Shown: in pieces, positions 29,237 through 40,330 of the stretch
How the letters are laid out: each line of letters opens with the position of its first letter
Position numbering within the stretch: position 1 is the first letter of the stretch
Assembly: GCA_963717865.1 (NCBI GenBank)
Contig: CAVQXL010000004.1
Span: forward strand, 1,064,243 to 1,128,242
From: Candidatus Aminicenantes bacterium
Lineage (GTDB): Bacteria; Acidobacteriota; Aminicenantia; Aminicenantales; Saccharicenantaceae
Length of the DNA: 64,000 nt
Direction of reading: 5' to 3'
Notes under the pieces: generated by a model
What the model was told of the DNA's origin: nothing
What the model saw: only the letters and a program-made list of their open reading frames with translations
The model's database searches: none
Translations under genes and position numbers: made by a program

Positions 29237-32200
29237 CTAGGGACCCGCGGGGAGATCGACGGTGACCGTCGTTCCTTTCCCGGGTTCGCTCTCCACCCGG
29301 ACGGTGCCGCCGTGGTCCTCGACGATCTTACGGGTGATGGGGAGGCCGAGGCCGGTCCCCGCGTCCTTGGTCGAGAAGTAGGGCTCGAAGATCTTGTCGA
29401 GGACGGCGCCCGGGATGCCGCTCCCCGTATCGCGGACGGTGATCCTCCACGACGTCCCCGACCGTCGGACGGCGACGGCGATCTCTCCCTTGTCGCGGAT
29501 GGCCTCGATGGCGTTGGCCACGATGTTCCGGAACGCGGTCCGAAGCTTGGCTTCGTCGCCGAGGCAGGCCGCCGCTCCCCCCTCGTAGGATTCCTTGAAC
29601 CGGATCCTCGCGGAGAGGAGCTTGCGGTAGGGGTCGACGGTCTCCTCCACGATCTTCCGGAGGTCGCAGGCGTCCCTGCGGATGGACGTGTCCCGGGCGA
29701 TCTCCATGAACTCCTGCGCCACGCGCCGGAGATGCTCCACCTCGCCGATGATGTAGGACATGGATTCCCGGAGCGCCTTCTCGAAATCGCCGTCGCGATC
29801 CTCGTAGACCCTGAGGATGTGCTCGGCCGACAGCTGGATCGGCGTCAGCGGGTTCTTGATCTCGTGGGCGACCTTGCGGGCCATCTCCGCCCAGGCGACC
29901 TTCTTGCCCATCTCGGCGAGCTCCTGCCGATGGGCCCGGAGGCTCCCCACCATGGCGTTGAACCCTTCGACCAGGGTCCTCATCTCGTCCCGGGAAGGGT
30001 GCTCGATGGCGACGTCGAGGTTGCCGAGACTGACCTCGCGCGTGCCGGCCAGGAGCTTCCGGACCGGGACGACGATCATGGCCCGGATGCCGCGGGCGAA
30101 GACGAAGACGAGCCCGGCGAAGAAGAGCGACAGGAAGAACAGGAATTCCACCAGCTCTCCGGTGGCGCGGGCCGCCTCCTCTTTCTCGAAGGGGAAGGGC
30201 ATGGAGACGAGGAACGTGCTGCCCCGGAACTCGTAGGGAACGGTGAGCGTCTGGAAGGAATACCCCCCGATCCTCTTCCTCTGGGTCGTGAACGGGGCCT
30301 TTTCGACCGCCAGACGGTGGTAGATCGCGCCGTCCGCCAGGTCCGGCAGAAGGCCCGCGTCGAAGAACTCGCGCCGGCTCGACGACAGGAGCTTGGCGTT
30401 CCGGTAGAGGTTGACGTCGTTGGACAGGGTCGCCGCGACCCAGAGGACCAGGTCCTCGGGCGGGGACGGCAGGCCCGGCCGGCTCCCGTCCTGGAGGTAG
30501 ATGAAGTCCTCCATGATGCTTCGGGCGAAGCCGGCGTGGAGGGCCGCTTCCTCGACGAAACGTCCGGTGAAGATGCGGTCGAAAAGGCCCCGGGTGAAGA
30601 TCGTGAACAGGAGCAGGGGCACCAGGGCGATCGCGAAGAACGACGCATAGACCCGGTTCGAGAACGAACGGGAGAAGTTGCGGAACGACAGTCGCCGGGA
30701 AGCGAGGGCGGCCGGCAGGACGAGGACCAGGACGAGAAGGACCTCGAAGGCCAGGAGCTTGAGGAACTCGACGGCCCGGGCGCGAAGCCCCTTTTCGCGG
30801 GTGTACAGGGAATAGAGCTTGCCCTCGTGGCGGAAATAGAAGGAACGGTACGACCGGTTTCCGTCCCTGAACGAGTCCCAGAACGCGGCTCCGGGAGCGG
30901 CAAGGCGGGTCAGGACGTCGGGGGGAAGCCCCGAGGAGACCTTTCCCGGATTCGTCAGAAGGCGGCCGTCGGGGCCGTATATGGCCAGCCCGAAGTCCAC
31001 GGCCTTCAAGGAAGGGATGGAGCCGGACCTGAGGAGCTCGAAATAGGGATTAGCCGAATAGAGGAAGGGGAGCATTTCGGGGTCGAGGGACAGGAAGAGA
31101 AGGGTCCGGCCGAGCGGCGTCTCCCCCTCGAACCAGTCCTTGTAAGCGACAAGGACGTCCTTTGGCCTGCCGAGCGAGACCGCGCTCCGCCGCGTCACCG
31201 ACCACGACCGGCTCGGCGGCAGGGAGAGCTCGCGGCCGTAGATTCTGGGGATGTTCAGGGAGAACCGCGAAAGGGCGTTGCCCTCGGCGTCGAGGATCTC
31301 CAGCCCCGAATACCAATTGAAGCGGGCCGCCAGAGTCCTGTCCCAGATCCCGTGGGCGAAATCGGGCGATCCGGGCTCCTTGAGGAATGAGGAGATGGCG
31401 GCGCCCCGCTTTTCGATCTCCGGGATGGATTCCCGGACGAGGAGATTCCCCCATTCTTCCTGCGAGGTCACGACGTTCCTGAGAAAGTCCTGGATCAGAG
31501 AGCGGGTCCTCAGGGCCGAAGCGCTGTCGGCCGCCTGGACGAGGAACAGGGTCCCGAGAAGGAGGCCGGCGGCGACGGACTCCCTCCGTCGGACCCTTTC
31601 CGGGGAATGCGCCAGGACCAGGCCGAAGGCCAGGAGCCCCGCCTGGACGGCGGCGAGAAAAAGGGCGGGGCTCTCGCCCTTGAGGTAGGGATACGCGAGG
31701 ATGGCCGGGCCCGCCAGCGCAAGCGAAATTCCAGGCCCCGGCGAACGAAGGGCGGCGGTCCTCAAGACGAGATAGACGGCGACAAGGACGGCGGCCAGGA
31801 AGAAGAGGAGGCTCAGGTGGAGGAGGAGGAAATCCGGACGCGCCGAGAACTTGAGGAGGGGGACGTTGGCGTTGAAGACGAGCTTTCTCACGGTGCCCTG
31901 GAACAGGTCGAGAAGGAGAAGGGAGATGCCCAGGGCGGCCGCTTCCGAGAGGAGGCGGATGACGGGAGAGACGGGCCGGCGCTTCGCCGCGAGCATGGGC
32001 CGGGTCAGGATCGTGAGGCACCCGACGACGAGGGCGATCGCCGCGGATGTCAGGAAGATGTCGGCGGGGGAGCGGGTCAGCCCTCCGACGGAAAAGAATC
32101 CGGCCCCGGCCGGCGAGAATACGGACAAAGATTGCACGCGCTCGAGCCGGCTCAGGGGAAAGAACAGGGCCCGGAGGCCGGCCGCGAGGAGGATCACGGA

Positions 32201-33073
32201 CAGGACCGCGCCGGAATTTCGTTTGCCGTAGAAGCCGCGCGAGGCGAGCCGGCTGAAGAGCAGGATGAGTAGAGAGATAATCAGCAGGGCATAGAGCCCG
32301 AGGAGCATGTCCTCGCGGAAGGTCGTCAGCCTTTCGGTCAGGGACGGCGAACTCAGGGTAACCGTGGCCAGGATCCTCGTGTCGGGTCCCCGGAGGGGAA
32401 AATAAAGTGTCTGTATCTCGTTCGCCCGGCGAGGCTCGCCCGCGAACTCGTCCTCGTGCTTGGAAAATATCCGTTCGAATCCCGAGACGTCCTCGCGGAA
32501 GCTCCAATAGTCGACCGCGCACCGGCGCATGAGGGCGGGCTTCAGGAAGTGGGATTGCCGGACATAAGACGACTGGAATTGGGGAATGAACGCCAGAAGC
32601 CTGAAGAGGGCGATGTGTCCCCCTCCGGGCGCGATTTCGACCGAGGCGAGATAGACGGATGCCTTATCGCGGACGAGGAAAGGGGCTCCCGCGGCGGAGA
32701 ACATCGTCAGGTCTCCCGAACGGGCATGGTCGCCGAGGTCGATGGCGTTCCCGAGCCAGACGGCGAGCTGCCCGTCCGGGCCGAAGACGGCCGCTCCCTC
32801 GTTGTCATCATCGAGCCTCAGGGCCGACAGGCGCTCGAAGAGAAGCGAAGGGTCTCCGGGAACGGCTTCCCGGAGACGCCCGAGGAGCCTGGCGTGGGCG
32901 TCGAGGACCGCGGCGAACTCCGTCCGGACGTCCCGGGCGCGGTGCTTCAGTCCGTCGAGGCTTTTTCGGTCGTAATCCTTTTGGATGAGCGAGGGTCCGA
33001 CGAGCGACGAGAGGAGACAGAGCAAGGCCAGGCCGACCGCCGCGATAAAGGCCGTCCGGACTCCCTTTCTCAC
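29237..33073 (-). CDS. Large multi-pass sensor histidine kinase (NtrY-like HAMP-HisKA-HATPase C-terminus)
   Basis: Uninterrupted 1278 codons. Several hydrophobic segments flank large extracytoplasmic regions. H-box is AWAEMARKVAHEIKNPLTPIQLSAE. N/G boxes are NIVANAIEA, DTGSGIP and GTGLGLPI. The GTG start overlaps the upstream stop (GTGA). Confidence 0.85.
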   Translation of the reverse strand: MRKGVRTAFIAAVGLALLCLLSSLVGPSLIQKDYDRKSLDGLKHRARDVRTEFAAVLDAHARLLGRLREAVPGDPSLLFERLSALRLDDDNEGAAVFGPDGQLAVWLGNAIDLGDHARSGDLTMFSAAGAPFLVRDKASVYLASVEIAPGGGHIALFRLLAFIPQFQSSYVRQSHFLKPALMRRCAVDYWSFREDVSGFERIFSKHEDEFAGEPRRANEIQTLYFPLRGPDTRILATVTLSSPSLTERLTTFREDMLLGLYALLIISLLILLFSRLASRGFYGKRNSGAVLSVILLAAGLRALFFPLSRLERVQSLSVFSPAGAGFFSVGGLTRSPADIFLTSAAIALVVGCLTILTRPMLAAKRRPVSPVIRLLSEAAALGISLLLLDLFQGTVRKLVFNANVPLLKFSARPDFLLLHLSLLFFLAAVLVAVYLVLRTAALRSPGPGISLALAGPAILAYPYLKGESPALFLAAVQAGLLAFGLVLAHSPERVRRRESVAAGLLLGTLFLVQAADSASALRTRSLIQDFLRNVVTSQEEWGNLLVRESIPEIEKRGAAISSFLKEPGSPDFAHGIWDRTLAARFNWYSGLEILDAEGNALSRFSLNIPRIYGRELSLPPSRSWSVTRRSAVSLGRPKDVLVAYKDWFEGETPLGRTLLFLSLDPEMLPFLYSANPYFELLRSGSIPSLKAVDFGLAIYGPDGRLLTNPGKVSSGLPPDVLTRLAAPGAAFWDSFRDGNRSYRSFYFRHEGKLYSLYTREKGLRARAVEFLKLLAFEVLLVLVLVLPAALASRRLSFRNFSRSFSNRVYASFFAIALVPLLLFTIFTRGLFDRIFTGRFVEEAALHAGFARSIMEDFIYLQDGSRPGLPSPPEDLVLWVAATLSNDVNLYRNAKLLSSSRREFFDAGLLPDLADGAIYHRLAVEKAPFTTQRKRIGGYSFQTLTVPYEFRGSTFLVSMPFPFEKEEAARATGELVEFLFFLSLFFAGLVFVFARGIRAMIVVPVRKLLAGTREVSLGNLDVAIEHPSRDEMRTLVEGFNAMVGSLRAHRQELAEMGKKVAWAEMARKVAHEIKNPLTPIQLSAEHILRVYEDRDGDFEKALRESMSYIIGEVEHLRRVAQEFMEIARDTSIRRDACDLRKIVEETVDPYRKLLSARIRFKESYEGGAAACLGDEAKLRTAFRNIVANAIEAIRDKGEIAVAVRRSGTSWRITVRDTGSGIPGAVLDKIFEPYFSTKDAGTGLGLPITRKIVEDHGGTVRVESEPGKGTTVTVDLPAGP

Positions 33074-33519
33074 AGGCGCTCCGCCTTGATCTCGACGATC
33101 TCCCAGCCGGTCCCGGGCGAAGGGCCCCCGGACGCCGGGGCGTCCGGACTCGGCAGGACCTGGAAAAAGATCCTGAAAAGATAGGGATTGTCGTTCCGGA
33201 CGTCCCTGAAGGACCAGCGGGCCTTGAAAATGAAGCCCGGCTTTCCGGGGACGAGCGCGAGCTCCGTCTCCGGGACGAATTCGTACGTCCGGTGGGCGCC
33301 GAAAATGCGCTCGAACAGGAAATAGGCCTGTTCGCGCGACAGCCGGTCGGAAAATGAGATGGGGTCGGGGAGGGAGACGTGAAGCCCGGCCGTGGGAGAA
33401 AAGAGAGCGGCGAGGGCCCGGGCGTCGTTCGCGGCGCAGGCCTCCGCGATATCGGAGGTCACGGACGGGACGAACGCCAGCAGGGACGAGATCAGGAGAG
33501 CGCTGAAGGAATACACCAA
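33070..33519 (-). CDS. Secreted DUF4783-like (NTF2-like) protein
   Basis: Signal peptide MVYSFSALLISSLLAFVPS. The pattern SREQAYFLFERIF...YLFRIFFQV...GWEIVEIKAE resembles DUF4783 as I recall it. It appears translationally coupled to the kinase gene. Confidence 0.5.
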   Translation of the reverse strand: MVYSFSALLISSLLAFVPSVTSDIAEACAANDARALAALFSPTAGLHVSLPDPISFSDRLSREQAYFLFERIFGAHRTYEFVPETELALVPGKPGFIFKARWSFRDVRNDNPYLFRIFFQVLPSPDAPASGGPSPGTGWEIVEIKAERL

Positions 33520-33645
33520 GAAAATAGTATCACAGGCATTTCAAAGCAGGCAAGCGGCGCGCTATCCGGAGGAGGGGAAGCCGCGGCACTTCCGTCCCGG
33601 GGAAGAGGCGTCGACGGGGCGAACCGGATCGGGGGACGCTTATTC

Positions 33646-33876
33646 TCAGCCCTTCTTTTCGGTCGTCTCTTCCTCGAGCTTCCGGGTCCTCTGGGCGTCC
33701 TTGATGCTGGAGATCCCGGCGATCAGCGCGATCAGCCCGCCGAAGAACAGGATGGGGGGGATGAAACCGAACACGAGCTGGTAGAATTCACGCCACCAGA
33801 CGAAGCTGACGAGGATGATGCCGGCGGCCATGGCGACGAGCCCGCCCAGGACGGCGATAAACTTACCCATGGGCAA
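33646..33876 (-). CDS. Small two-TM membrane protein, unknown function
   Basis: GGGAGG SD 7 nt upstream. 76 aa with two hydrophobic helices and a charged tail (KLEEETTEKKG). Confidence 0.45.
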   Translation of the reverse strand: MPMGKFIAVLGGLVAMAAGIILVSFVWWREFYQLVFGFIPPILFFGGLIALIAGISSIKDAQRTRKLEEETTEKKG

Positions 33877-34003
33877 ACCTCCCTGACGTTCGTGATGCGG
33901 CCGGGATTATAACAAATCGAAAAACCCGACGCAAGCCGGGATGGACCGCGCGCCCGAAGTTGGGATAGAATGGCCCGCGAGGATCTTGCGAGAGGAGGCC
34001 CCA

Positions 34004-35077
34004 ATGTCCGTCAGGTCAGGGATCGGGGCAGGGCTCGCCCTGCTGATTTGCGCCGGCGCGCCGGGGTTCACGGCCGCGAGGGAAGACGCCGGGACGTTCG
34101 TCCTGGGAGGATTGACGGTCCGGCCGGGAGAGATCGTGTCGGGATATCTCGAGGTCCCGGATACCGACGGACAGGGGACCCGTATCCCCGTGACGGTGAT
34201 CCGCGGGACGGAGAAGGGCAGGGTCGCGGCGTTCGTCGCGGGCATCCACGGTTATGAATACCCGCCCATTCTCGCCCTCTACCGGGTGAAGGGGCTGATC
34301 GATCCTTCGACCCTTAAAGGGACGGTCATCCTTGTCCACATCGCCAATCCCCCCAGCTTCCGGAAGAGGACGATCTATTACAGCCCCGTCGACGGGAAGA
34401 ACCTCAACAGGGTCTTTCCCGGGGACCCGAAAGGGTCACTCAGCCAGCGGATCGCCCACGTGCTCACGAACGAGGTCATAGGACCGAGCGACGCCGTCAT
34501 CGACATGCATTGCGGCGACGGGAACGAGGCGCTCATCCCGTACACGTACTGGATGATCGGACCCGACAAGGCGCTCAACGAAGCGTCCCGGGCCCTGGCC
34601 CTGGCTTTCGGCATTCCCGTCATCATCATCGACGAGGCGCGGACCCAGGACCCGGCGGACTCCAGGTACTTCGGGAACACGGCCATGCTCAGGGGCAAGA
34701 TCGCCATCACGACGGAAGCCGGCGCCCTGGGCGGCACCGACGAGGCGGCCGTCCTGATGAACGTCGGCGGGGTCCTGAACGCGCTCAAGCACTTCGGGAT
34801 GATCCCCGGGCCCCCCGAGCCCGACCCGGTCCCGGTCTGGATCGACCGGTACGAGGTCGTCGAATCTCCTCTGGACGGCCTCTTCTTCCCTTGCGTCGAA
34901 AAAGGCCACTATGTGGCCGAGGGCCAGAGGATCGGACGCGTCACCGACGACCTGGGGAACGTCCGGGCGGAGATGAAGGCCCCGTTCGGAGGCGTCGTCC
35001 TCTATATCGTCGGGACGCCGCCGGCCGCCAAGGGAGAGCCGCTGTTCGAGATCGGAAGGATCCGGGGAGGCCGATAG
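34004..35077 (+). CDS. Succinylglutamate desuccinylase/aspartoacylase (AstE/AspA, M14-like) family protein
   Basis: GAGGAGG SD and signal peptide. Motifs are AGIHGYEYP, NLNRVFPG and DMHCGD. Confidence 0.75.
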   Translation: MSVRSGIGAGLALLICAGAPGFTAAREDAGTFVLGGLTVRPGEIVSGYLEVPDTDGQGTRIPVTVIRGTEKGRVAAFVAGIHGYEYPPILALYRVKGLIDPSTLKGTVILVHIANPPSFRKRTIYYSPVDGKNLNRVFPGDPKGSLSQRIAHVLTNEVIGPSDAVIDMHCGDGNEALIPYTYWMIGPDKALNEASRALALAFGIPVIIIDEARTQDPADSRYFGNTAMLRGKIAITTEAGALGGTDEAAVLMNVGGVLNALKHFGMIPGPPEPDPVPVWIDRYEVVESPLDGLFFPCVEKGHYVAEGQRIGRVTDDLGNVRAEMKAPFGGVVLYIVGTPPAAKGEPLFEIGRIRGGR

Positions 35078-36745
35078 TCATCTCTGGAAGACGACCCGTC
35101 CGCCGAGGATGGTGATCAGGGCCTCGGTGGTCAGGATCTCCCGCGGAGCGATCGTGAACAGGTCCTTGGAAAGGACCACCATGTCGGCGAGCTTCCCCGG
35201 CTCCAGCGTTCCTTTGACGGTCTCCTCGAACGAGGCGTAGGCCGCGCCCTTCGTGAAGAGCCCGATCGCCTCGTCCATGGTCAGCTTCTGCCCGGGAAAC
35301 CAACCGCCTTCGGGAAACTCGCCCTCGATGTTCATCCGGGTGACGGCCGAATACAGTCCCCGCATCGGATCGAGCGGCTCGACCGGCCAATCGGAACCGA
35401 AGGCCAGCCGGGCCCCTTTGTCGAGGAGGGCCCGCCAGGCGTAGGCGCCGCGGGACCGCCCGGCGCCGATGCGCGTCTCGCAGAAGCGCATGTCCGTCGT
35501 GCAATGCGTCGGCTGCATGGAGGCGATGACGCCCAGGGCCGCGAAGCGCGCGAGGTCGCCGGGAGCCACGACCTGGGCGTGCTCGATCCTGTGCCGCAGG
35601 TCCTTTTTCCCATATTTCCGCTGGGCCCGTTCGACGGCATCGAGGACCCAGGCGACGCCCTTGTCCCCGATGGCGTGCGTGCCGGTTTGAAAGCCGTTCG
35701 CGTGGGCCTCGGCGATGAGGGCGTCGAAATCGGCCTCGGGCATTTGGGGGAGGCCTATCTTGCCGGGCTCATCGTCGAACGGCGCGAACATCATCGCCGT
35801 CCCCGAACCCAGCGTCCCGTCGATGAACGCCTTCAGGAAGCCGACGCGGACCATGTCGTCGCCCTGCCCCTGGCGGACGCCGTCGCGGAGACAATCCTTC
35901 ATCGACTCCACGGGCAGCCAGGCATAGACGCGCAGGGTCAGCAGGCCCTCGGCGGCGAGCTTCCTGTAGAGGGCCGTTTCGGCGAAGCTCGAATCGGTAT
36001 GGACGCCCGTGAGCCCGAGCCCGGCGGCGTGCTCGAGGGCCCGGACGATATCCTGCTCGGGAGTGGACGCGATCTCCGGGCCCGGGATCCGGACCAAACC
36101 GGTCGCGGCCTCGGTGAGGATCCCGGTCGGCTCGCCCGTCATCGGGTCCTTGAGGATCTCGCCGCCGAACGGGTCCCCGGTCTCCTTCGTGATGCCCGCC
36201 CGTTCGAGGGCCAGGCTGTTCACCCAAATGCTATGGCCGTCGACGCGCTCGATGACGACCGGGTTCGACGGAGAGACCTTGTCCAGGTCTTCCCTGGTCG
36301 GCCAGGCTCCCCCGGGGAAGAGCGTGTGATCGTAGGCGCTGCCCGAGACGAGCGCCCCGGCCGGGAGCTCATGGATCTTCGCCGCGATCATCTCCTGGAC
36401 CTTGGCGATCGAAGAGACGCCGCGGAAGCTCAGGCCGATGAGCGACCTCCCGCCGGACGCGAAGTGGGTATGGGCGTCGATGAGCCCGGGAATGACGAGC
36501 TTCCCCCCGACGTCGATGACCTTGGTGCCGCCGCCGATGAAGCGTTCGATCTCCCTGTCCGTGCCGACGGCGACGATCCTGCCGCCTTTCACGGCGACGG
36601 CTTCGGCCCAGGGCGCGGCGCCGTTCGCCGTGAATATCTTGCCGTGGGTGACGGCGAGGTCGGCCTTCCGGACGGGCGCGGCGGAAGCTCGGAGGCCTCC
36701 GAGGAACAGCAGGGTCGCCAGGGTCATGGTCGTGCTTTTGCTCAT
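35078..36745 (-). CDS. Secreted metal-dependent amidohydrolase (Amidohydro_3/YtcJ-like)
   Basis: Signal peptide. Motifs are PGLIDAHTHF, GTHAIGD and HAQV; 555 aa uninterrupted. Confidence 0.8.
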   Translation of the reverse strand: MSKSTTMTLATLLFLGGLRASAAPVRKADLAVTHGKIFTANGAAPWAEAVAVKGGRIVAVGTDREIERFIGGGTKVIDVGGKLVIPGLIDAHTHFASGGRSLIGLSFRGVSSIAKVQEMIAAKIHELPAGALVSGSAYDHTLFPGGAWPTREDLDKVSPSNPVVIERVDGHSIWVNSLALERAGITKETGDPFGGEILKDPMTGEPTGILTEAATGLVRIPGPEIASTPEQDIVRALEHAAGLGLTGVHTDSSFAETALYRKLAAEGLLTLRVYAWLPVESMKDCLRDGVRQGQGDDMVRVGFLKAFIDGTLGSGTAMMFAPFDDEPGKIGLPQMPEADFDALIAEAHANGFQTGTHAIGDKGVAWVLDAVERAQRKYGKKDLRHRIEHAQVVAPGDLARFAALGVIASMQPTHCTTDMRFCETRIGAGRSRGAYAWRALLDKGARLAFGSDWPVEPLDPMRGLYSAVTRMNIEGEFPEGGWFPGQKLTMDEAIGLFTKGAAYASFEETVKGTLEPGKLADMVVLSKDLFTIAPREILTTEALITILGGRVVFQR

Positions 36746-36861
36746 GATGCCCCTTATCTTAGCAAAAGGCCCCGGACAAACAAAGCCGGGCTTTCGGCGG
36801 CCCTTGATAAAATCGCGATAATCGGCAAGAATGGGTTGGATTTTCGGGGAGGAACAGGGAC

Positions 36862-38028
36862 ATGCCGAAAGAGAAGCTTCTTTTGATCCCGGGGCCGACC
36901 CCTGTCCGCAAGCGCATCCTCGACGCGCTGGCCGCGCCGACCGTCGCCCACACGGGCCCTGAGATGCAGGCGGACCTCAGTGAGGCTTGTGCGGACCTCA
37001 AGCGGATCGTCTTTTGCGAGAAAGGAGAGGCCTTCATCGTCGCGGGCGCGGGCACTCTCTCCATGGAGATGGCCGTCCTGAACACGCTCGCCCCGGACGG
37101 GAGGGCGCTCGTACTCTCCCAGGGGTATTTCGGCGCCCGGATGGCCGAGATCCTGCGGGCCTTCGGACTGCCCCACGATGTCGTGGAAGCCGAATGGGGG
37201 AGGGCGGTTCTCCCGAACGAGCTCGAAGGGCGGCTCGCGGCTGATCCGTACGATACGGTCATTTGCACTCACGTGGATACGGCCACGGGCGCCTGCGCTC
37301 CCGTCGAGGAATACGCCCGGGCGGCGAAGGCCCACGGGGCGCTCTTCATCGTCGACGGGGTCTGCGCCACGGGCGGCATCGCCGAGCGGATGGACGACTG
37401 GACGATCGACGTCGTCCTCACGGCGGCCCAGAAGTGCATCGGCGTCCCTCCGGGCCTGGCCCTTTGCGTCTTTTCACAGCGGGCCATGGCCAGGCGCCGG
37501 GCCCTATCCTCGATCCCGGCTTATTATTCGGACGTCCTGCGCTGGCTTCCCGTAATGAGGGACCCGGCGAAGTATTTTTCAACGCCCTGCGTCAACGAGA
37601 TCCGCGCCTTTCGCGAGGGGACCCGCATCATTCTCGAGGAGGGCCTCGAGGCGAGGTTCCGCCGCCATGAGCTCCAGGCCCGGGCCATCCGAGCCGGTCT
37701 CAAGCCTCTCGGATTCACGTTCTTCACCGCCCCGGCGTTCATGGCCTCGACTCTTTCGGTGGTCGCCTATCCGGAAGGGGTGGACGACAAGGCCTTCCGG
37801 GCGGCCCTCGACGGGCGAGGCGTCGTCGTGGCGGGCGGGTTGGCGGCGACCGCCGGGAAGGTTTTCCGCATGGGCCACATGGGGAATCTGACCGGGGACG
37901 ATGTCCTCTTCGCCGTCGAAGCGGCCGAAGGGGCCCTGGGGTCCCTGGGCGCGCCCGTCGACAGGGGAGCGGCCGTCCGCGCCGCGGCCGCCGTCCTCGA
38001 TGGCGGAACCGGGGGAGCGCGGGCATGA
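36862..38028 (+). CDS. Class V aminotransferase (serine-pyruvate/alanine-glyoxylate type)
   Basis: LLIPGPTPV N-terminus and the AAQKCIGVPPGLA PLP-lysine region; 388 aa. Confidence 0.8.
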   Translation: MPKEKLLLIPGPTPVRKRILDALAAPTVAHTGPEMQADLSEACADLKRIVFCEKGEAFIVAGAGTLSMEMAVLNTLAPDGRALVLSQGYFGARMAEILRAFGLPHDVVEAEWGRAVLPNELEGRLAADPYDTVICTHVDTATGACAPVEEYARAAKAHGALFIVDGVCATGGIAERMDDWTIDVVLTAAQKCIGVPPGLALCVFSQRAMARRRALSSIPAYYSDVLRWLPVMRDPAKYFSTPCVNEIRAFREGTRIILEEGLEARFRRHELQARAIRAGLKPLGFTFFTAPAFMASTLSVVAYPEGVDDKAFRAALDGRGVVVAGGLAATAGKVFRMGHMGNLTGDDVLFAVEAAEGALGSLGAPVDRGAAVRAAAAVLDGGTGGARA

Positions 38029-39102
38029 AGGGGACAAGCCGAGTTTATTTCGTTCCGGCCGACGGGAAGGAGGCCGCGGAAGCGCTGTCGGCCAAGATCC
38101 GGAAGGCCTATCTCGCCATCGGTTTCAACGACATGATCGCCGAGGACGATTATCGTGGCCCTGAAGATCCACTTCGGCGAAAAACACAATACGGGATACA
38201 TCAAGCCGCACTGGCTCCGCGGGCTCGTCGCCGAGGTCCGGAAACGGACGTCGAGGGCGTTCCTCACGGACTCGAATACGCTGTACGTCGGCGAGCGCTC
38301 GAACTCCGTCGACCACATCCGGCTGGCCTGGAGTCACGGGTTCACGCCCGACGTCGTCGAGGTCCCGGTGATCATCGCCGACGGGCTCATCGGGCGCGAC
38401 GACCGGGAAATCGAAGCCGGCCGGTCCCGCGTCCGGGCGGCGAAGATCGCCGGGGCCATCTTCGACGCGGACGCCCTCCTTTGCCTGACCCATGTCACGG
38501 GGCACGTCCAGACGGGGATCGGCGCGTCCGTCAAGAACATGGGCATGGGCTGCGCCTCGCGGGCGGGGAAGCTCGACCAGCACTCCGTGGTCCATCCGAG
38601 GGTCTCGGTCAAGGCCTGCCGCAACTGCGGCATCTGTTTCGACCATTGCCCGGAAGCCGCCATCGTCCAGGCCGAGGGGCACGTCGTCATCGACGGGGTG
38701 AAGTGCATCGGCTGCGGGGAATGCCTGGTCGCCTGCAAGCCGGGGGCGATCCGATGGAAGTGGGACGAGGATTCCCCCCGCATCCAGGAGAAGCTCGCCG
38801 AATACGCCCTAACCGTCCAGGACCGGTTCAAGGGCAAGGTCGGCTTCGTCAACGTCCTCATCCAGGTGACCAAGGATTGCGACTGCATGTCGAGGAGCCA
38901 GCGGCCCATCGTCGGGGACATCGGGATCGTCGCCTCCGCGGACGCCGTGGCGGCGGACAAGGCCGCGGCCGATCTCATCCTGGCCCGGGCGGGGGAGGAC
39001 ATCTTCCGCAAGGGCTACGACCTCGACTGGGGGGTTCAGTTCCGTCATGGCGAGAAGATCGGCCTCGGGTCCACGGAATACGTGCTGACGAACCTCGATT
39101 GA
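38025..39102 (+). pseudogene. DUF362-domain protein with 2x[4Fe-4S] ferredoxin insert, one frame change near 38150
   Basis: The ATG at 38025 overlaps the preceding stop (ATGA). MKGTSRVYFVPA...MIAEDD joins IVALKIHFGEKHNTGYIKP after one extra nt. Cys motifs are CRNCGICFDHCP and CIGCGECLVACKP. Span length is 3n+1. Confidence 0.75.
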
Positions 39103-39139
39103 CCCTTCGCCCCGGCCTGCCTGCCGGGGGATCGAAGGT

Positions 39140-39168
39140 TTGACTTTTATGGACTTCCCGCCTATAGT
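39140..39168 (+). promoter_or_regulatory. Candidate sigma70-type promoter for ychF
   Basis: TTGACT (39140-39145), a 17-nt spacer, then TATAGT (39163-39168). It is preceded by the hairpin ccccggc-ctgcct-gccgggg (39113-39132), which may terminate the DUF362 gene. Confidence 0.4.
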
Positions 39169-39230
39169 GGCTTCTTTGTCCTGACGGGTCTCCGACCCGC
39201 GCGGAACGTTCTCAATACCGGGTGATCCAG

Positions 39231-40326
<1,096 letters not shown>

Positions 40327-40330
40327 CGGC

